Origin: a virus
Lineage: Duplodnaviria; Caudoviricetes
Direction: 5' to 3' (one strand)
IMG/VR virus record: IMGVR_UViG_2639763161_000004
Coordinates: 1-64,000 of that record
DNA: 64,000 nt
The notes beneath the pieces were generated by a model, which was given only the letters and a program-made list of their open reading frames with translations, was not told where the DNA came from and did not search any database. The stretch's first letter is position 1. The number at the start of each line of letters is the position of its first letter. The position numbers and the translations under genes are program-made. Shown piece by piece: positions 62,643 through 64,000 of the stretch.

Positions 62643-63134
62643 ATGACTAAACGACTTGAGATTTTGAAAGCCTCTCTCGTCAAGAAGGAGGCGCGGTTTG
62701 ATGAGCGGCTTCAAAACCACTTCGACACTGTAGCCCAGGCAAGCGGACAGCCTCTTAACGACAAGCGCAATGGACGCACAACTCTGAATAAATGGGATAA
62801 GCAGAGTGATGCTCTGAGGGTGTTGCAGGACAGCATTCAGCGCACCAAGAACGCAATCGAACGTGAAGAAACAAAGATTGCGCTCGCAAGCATGGTTGAG
62901 TTGCCTGCATACCTTCAGCAAGCGATTGATGATGGACTCATTACTCAATGGAGAAAGCACCCCCGATTTTTCTTTGTCGTTGGCGTAAGCGGCGGTCGAA
63001 TCGTGCTTGATGAGGAAACAGGGATTATCGGGTACCGGTATCTGAATAAAGTATCAAAAGACGACTATCCCACCTTCCGCGACGTATTCAACAAGCTAAA
63101 CCGGCAGTGCCGGGAATCACAACAGGCTGCCTAA
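62643..63134 (+). CDS. Hypothetical early protein
   Basis: 163 aa; GQPLNDKRNG, QWRKHP motifs. Confidence 0.75.
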   Translation: MTKRLEILKASLVKKEARFDERLQNHFDTVAQASGQPLNDKRNGRTTLNKWDKQSDALRVLQDSIQRTKNAIEREETKIALASMVELPAYLQQAIDDGLITQWRKHPRFFFVVGVSGGRIVLDEETGIIGYRYLNKVSKDDYPTFRDVFNKLNRQCRESQQAA

Positions 63135-63149
63135 CCCGCAGCCTTTTTT
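63125..63149 (+). terminator. tL1-like terminator
   Basis: GGCTGC-CTAACCC-GCAGCC-TTTTTT. Confidence 0.7.
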
Positions 63150-63249
63150 ACTGGAGCACTCCCATGATATGCACCAAAAATTATTGGTCAGGCTGGGCAG
63201 TCTTTGCGGTTATGGGAGTGTGTTTTTATGCGTTTGTTTAGGGGGTTGT

Positions 63250-63414
63250 ATGAGTGATGAAAAAATGAAGTCGTTCGAAGAGGCAGCAAAACCACTTATC
63301 AAGTGGCTGGCTGAGAATGAGCACCCGCACCACACGGCAATTATTACTAGCGTCCACGCTGAGTTGCTTGAGTCAAAGATTAGCTTCCCAACCATGGAAT
63401 TCATTAAGGACTAA
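63250..63414 (+). CDS. Small phage protein
   Basis: FEEAAKPLIKWLAEN.HPHH. Confidence 0.7.
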   Translation: MSDEKMKSFEEAAKPLIKWLAENEHPHHTAIITSVHAELLESKISFPTMEFIKD

Positions 63415-63418
63415 TGAG

Positions 63419-63652
63419 ATGAGTCAATATCCAATTACAGCATTTCCTACCACTGAAGCTAACTGGTTCAACGAGAACGTTCGCACAGAAGGTATGGACT
63501 TGCGTGACTACTTTGCTGCAAAGGGCCTGGTGGCGGTAATTGGCTCTCTTAATGGGCCAGTAACTCACGAAGAGCATCCCGGCGATTTTGATTATTACGC
63601 TAACTGCGCATACAAAATGGCCGACGCAATGCTCCGCACCCGCGGCCAGTAA
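63419..63652 (+). CDS. Small phage protein (GMxLRDYFAAK family)
   Basis: GMDLRDYFAAK, AY.MADAML..R. Confidence 0.75.
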   Translation: MSQYPITAFPTTEANWFNENVRTEGMDLRDYFAAKGLVAVIGSLNGPVTHEEHPGDFDYYANCAYKMADAMLRTRGQ

Positions 63653-63670
63653 CCACTACAGGAGAGAGTG

Positions 63671-63904
63671 ATGGAATGGATTAAGTGCAGCGAGCGGATG
63701 CCTATAGATATCGATGAAGTCAGAGCATACAAATCCACAGAAGTTCTGGCTACGGATGGCCGCGTGGTTACTGCTATTGATTGCATTGCTGGCATACCAA
63801 TTGGGAAAAGAGAGGAGTTTTGGTGTGTTTTCAGCCCTTACGGAAACATGAATCCCAAAGAAATAACCCACTGGATGCCACTACCTGAACCGCCAGCTGA
63901 GTGA
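63671..63904 (+). CDS. DUF551 protein
   Basis: WIKCSERMP...ITHWMPLPEPP. Confidence 0.88.
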   Translation: MEWIKCSERMPIDIDEVRAYKSTEVLATDGRVVTAIDCIAGIPIGKREEFWCVFSPYGNMNPKEITHWMPLPEPPAE

Positions 63905-64000
63905 CACCGTAAAGCTGTCTGCTTAGACGGCTTTGAGGTGCTACGCACCAACGCCTTTAGAGGGGCTAAGACAGTAAGAAAGAAGTACCCACCAGGGGCC

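Larger units (their letters stand above)
24522..64000. mobile_element. Lambdoid temperate prophage with contractile tail; continues past the window end
   Basis: att core, complete tail/head/packaging, lysis, Q, nin, O/DnaB, cII-cro-cI-N. Confidence 0.96.

Overview
Two mobile elements sit in tandem at an enterobacterial tRNA-Arg(UCU) site; the host looks Pantoea/Erwinia-like, which is an inference. (1) Bases 1-24521 are a CP4/P4-integrase genomic island whose left end lies outside the window. It carries the DUF4942-cbtA/cbeA-yeeT-radC-klcA-DUF932 module, an unknown envelope-protein operon preceded by a dense GATC cluster, a YeeP-like GTPase, inovirus-Gp2 and AlpA genes, IS110/IS3 relics, HrgA, and an intact type IC R-M + PrrC anticodon nuclease locus (hsdM-hsdS-prrC-hsdR). 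(2) Bases 24522-64000 are a lambdoid temperate prophage with a contractile tail; its int and right end lie outside the window. From left to right it has an att core (3' half of tRNA-Arg), a LexA-box operon with a UmuD'-like gene, a 44-aa membrane peptide + Wzy-like cassette beside a glycoside-hydrolase-like tailspike, tail, head, packaging, lysis, Q, nin, DnaB/O, cII-cro-cI and N. The most notable observations are a tRNA-shaped RNA with a 15-nt anticodon loop nested in the N-leader stem, a candidate O-antigen conversion cassette, and a candidate Dam/OxyR phase switch driving uncharacterised envelope genes. No CRISPR array, rRNA or intact canonical tRNA was seen. All family assignments come from motif recognition and gene context, not database searches.
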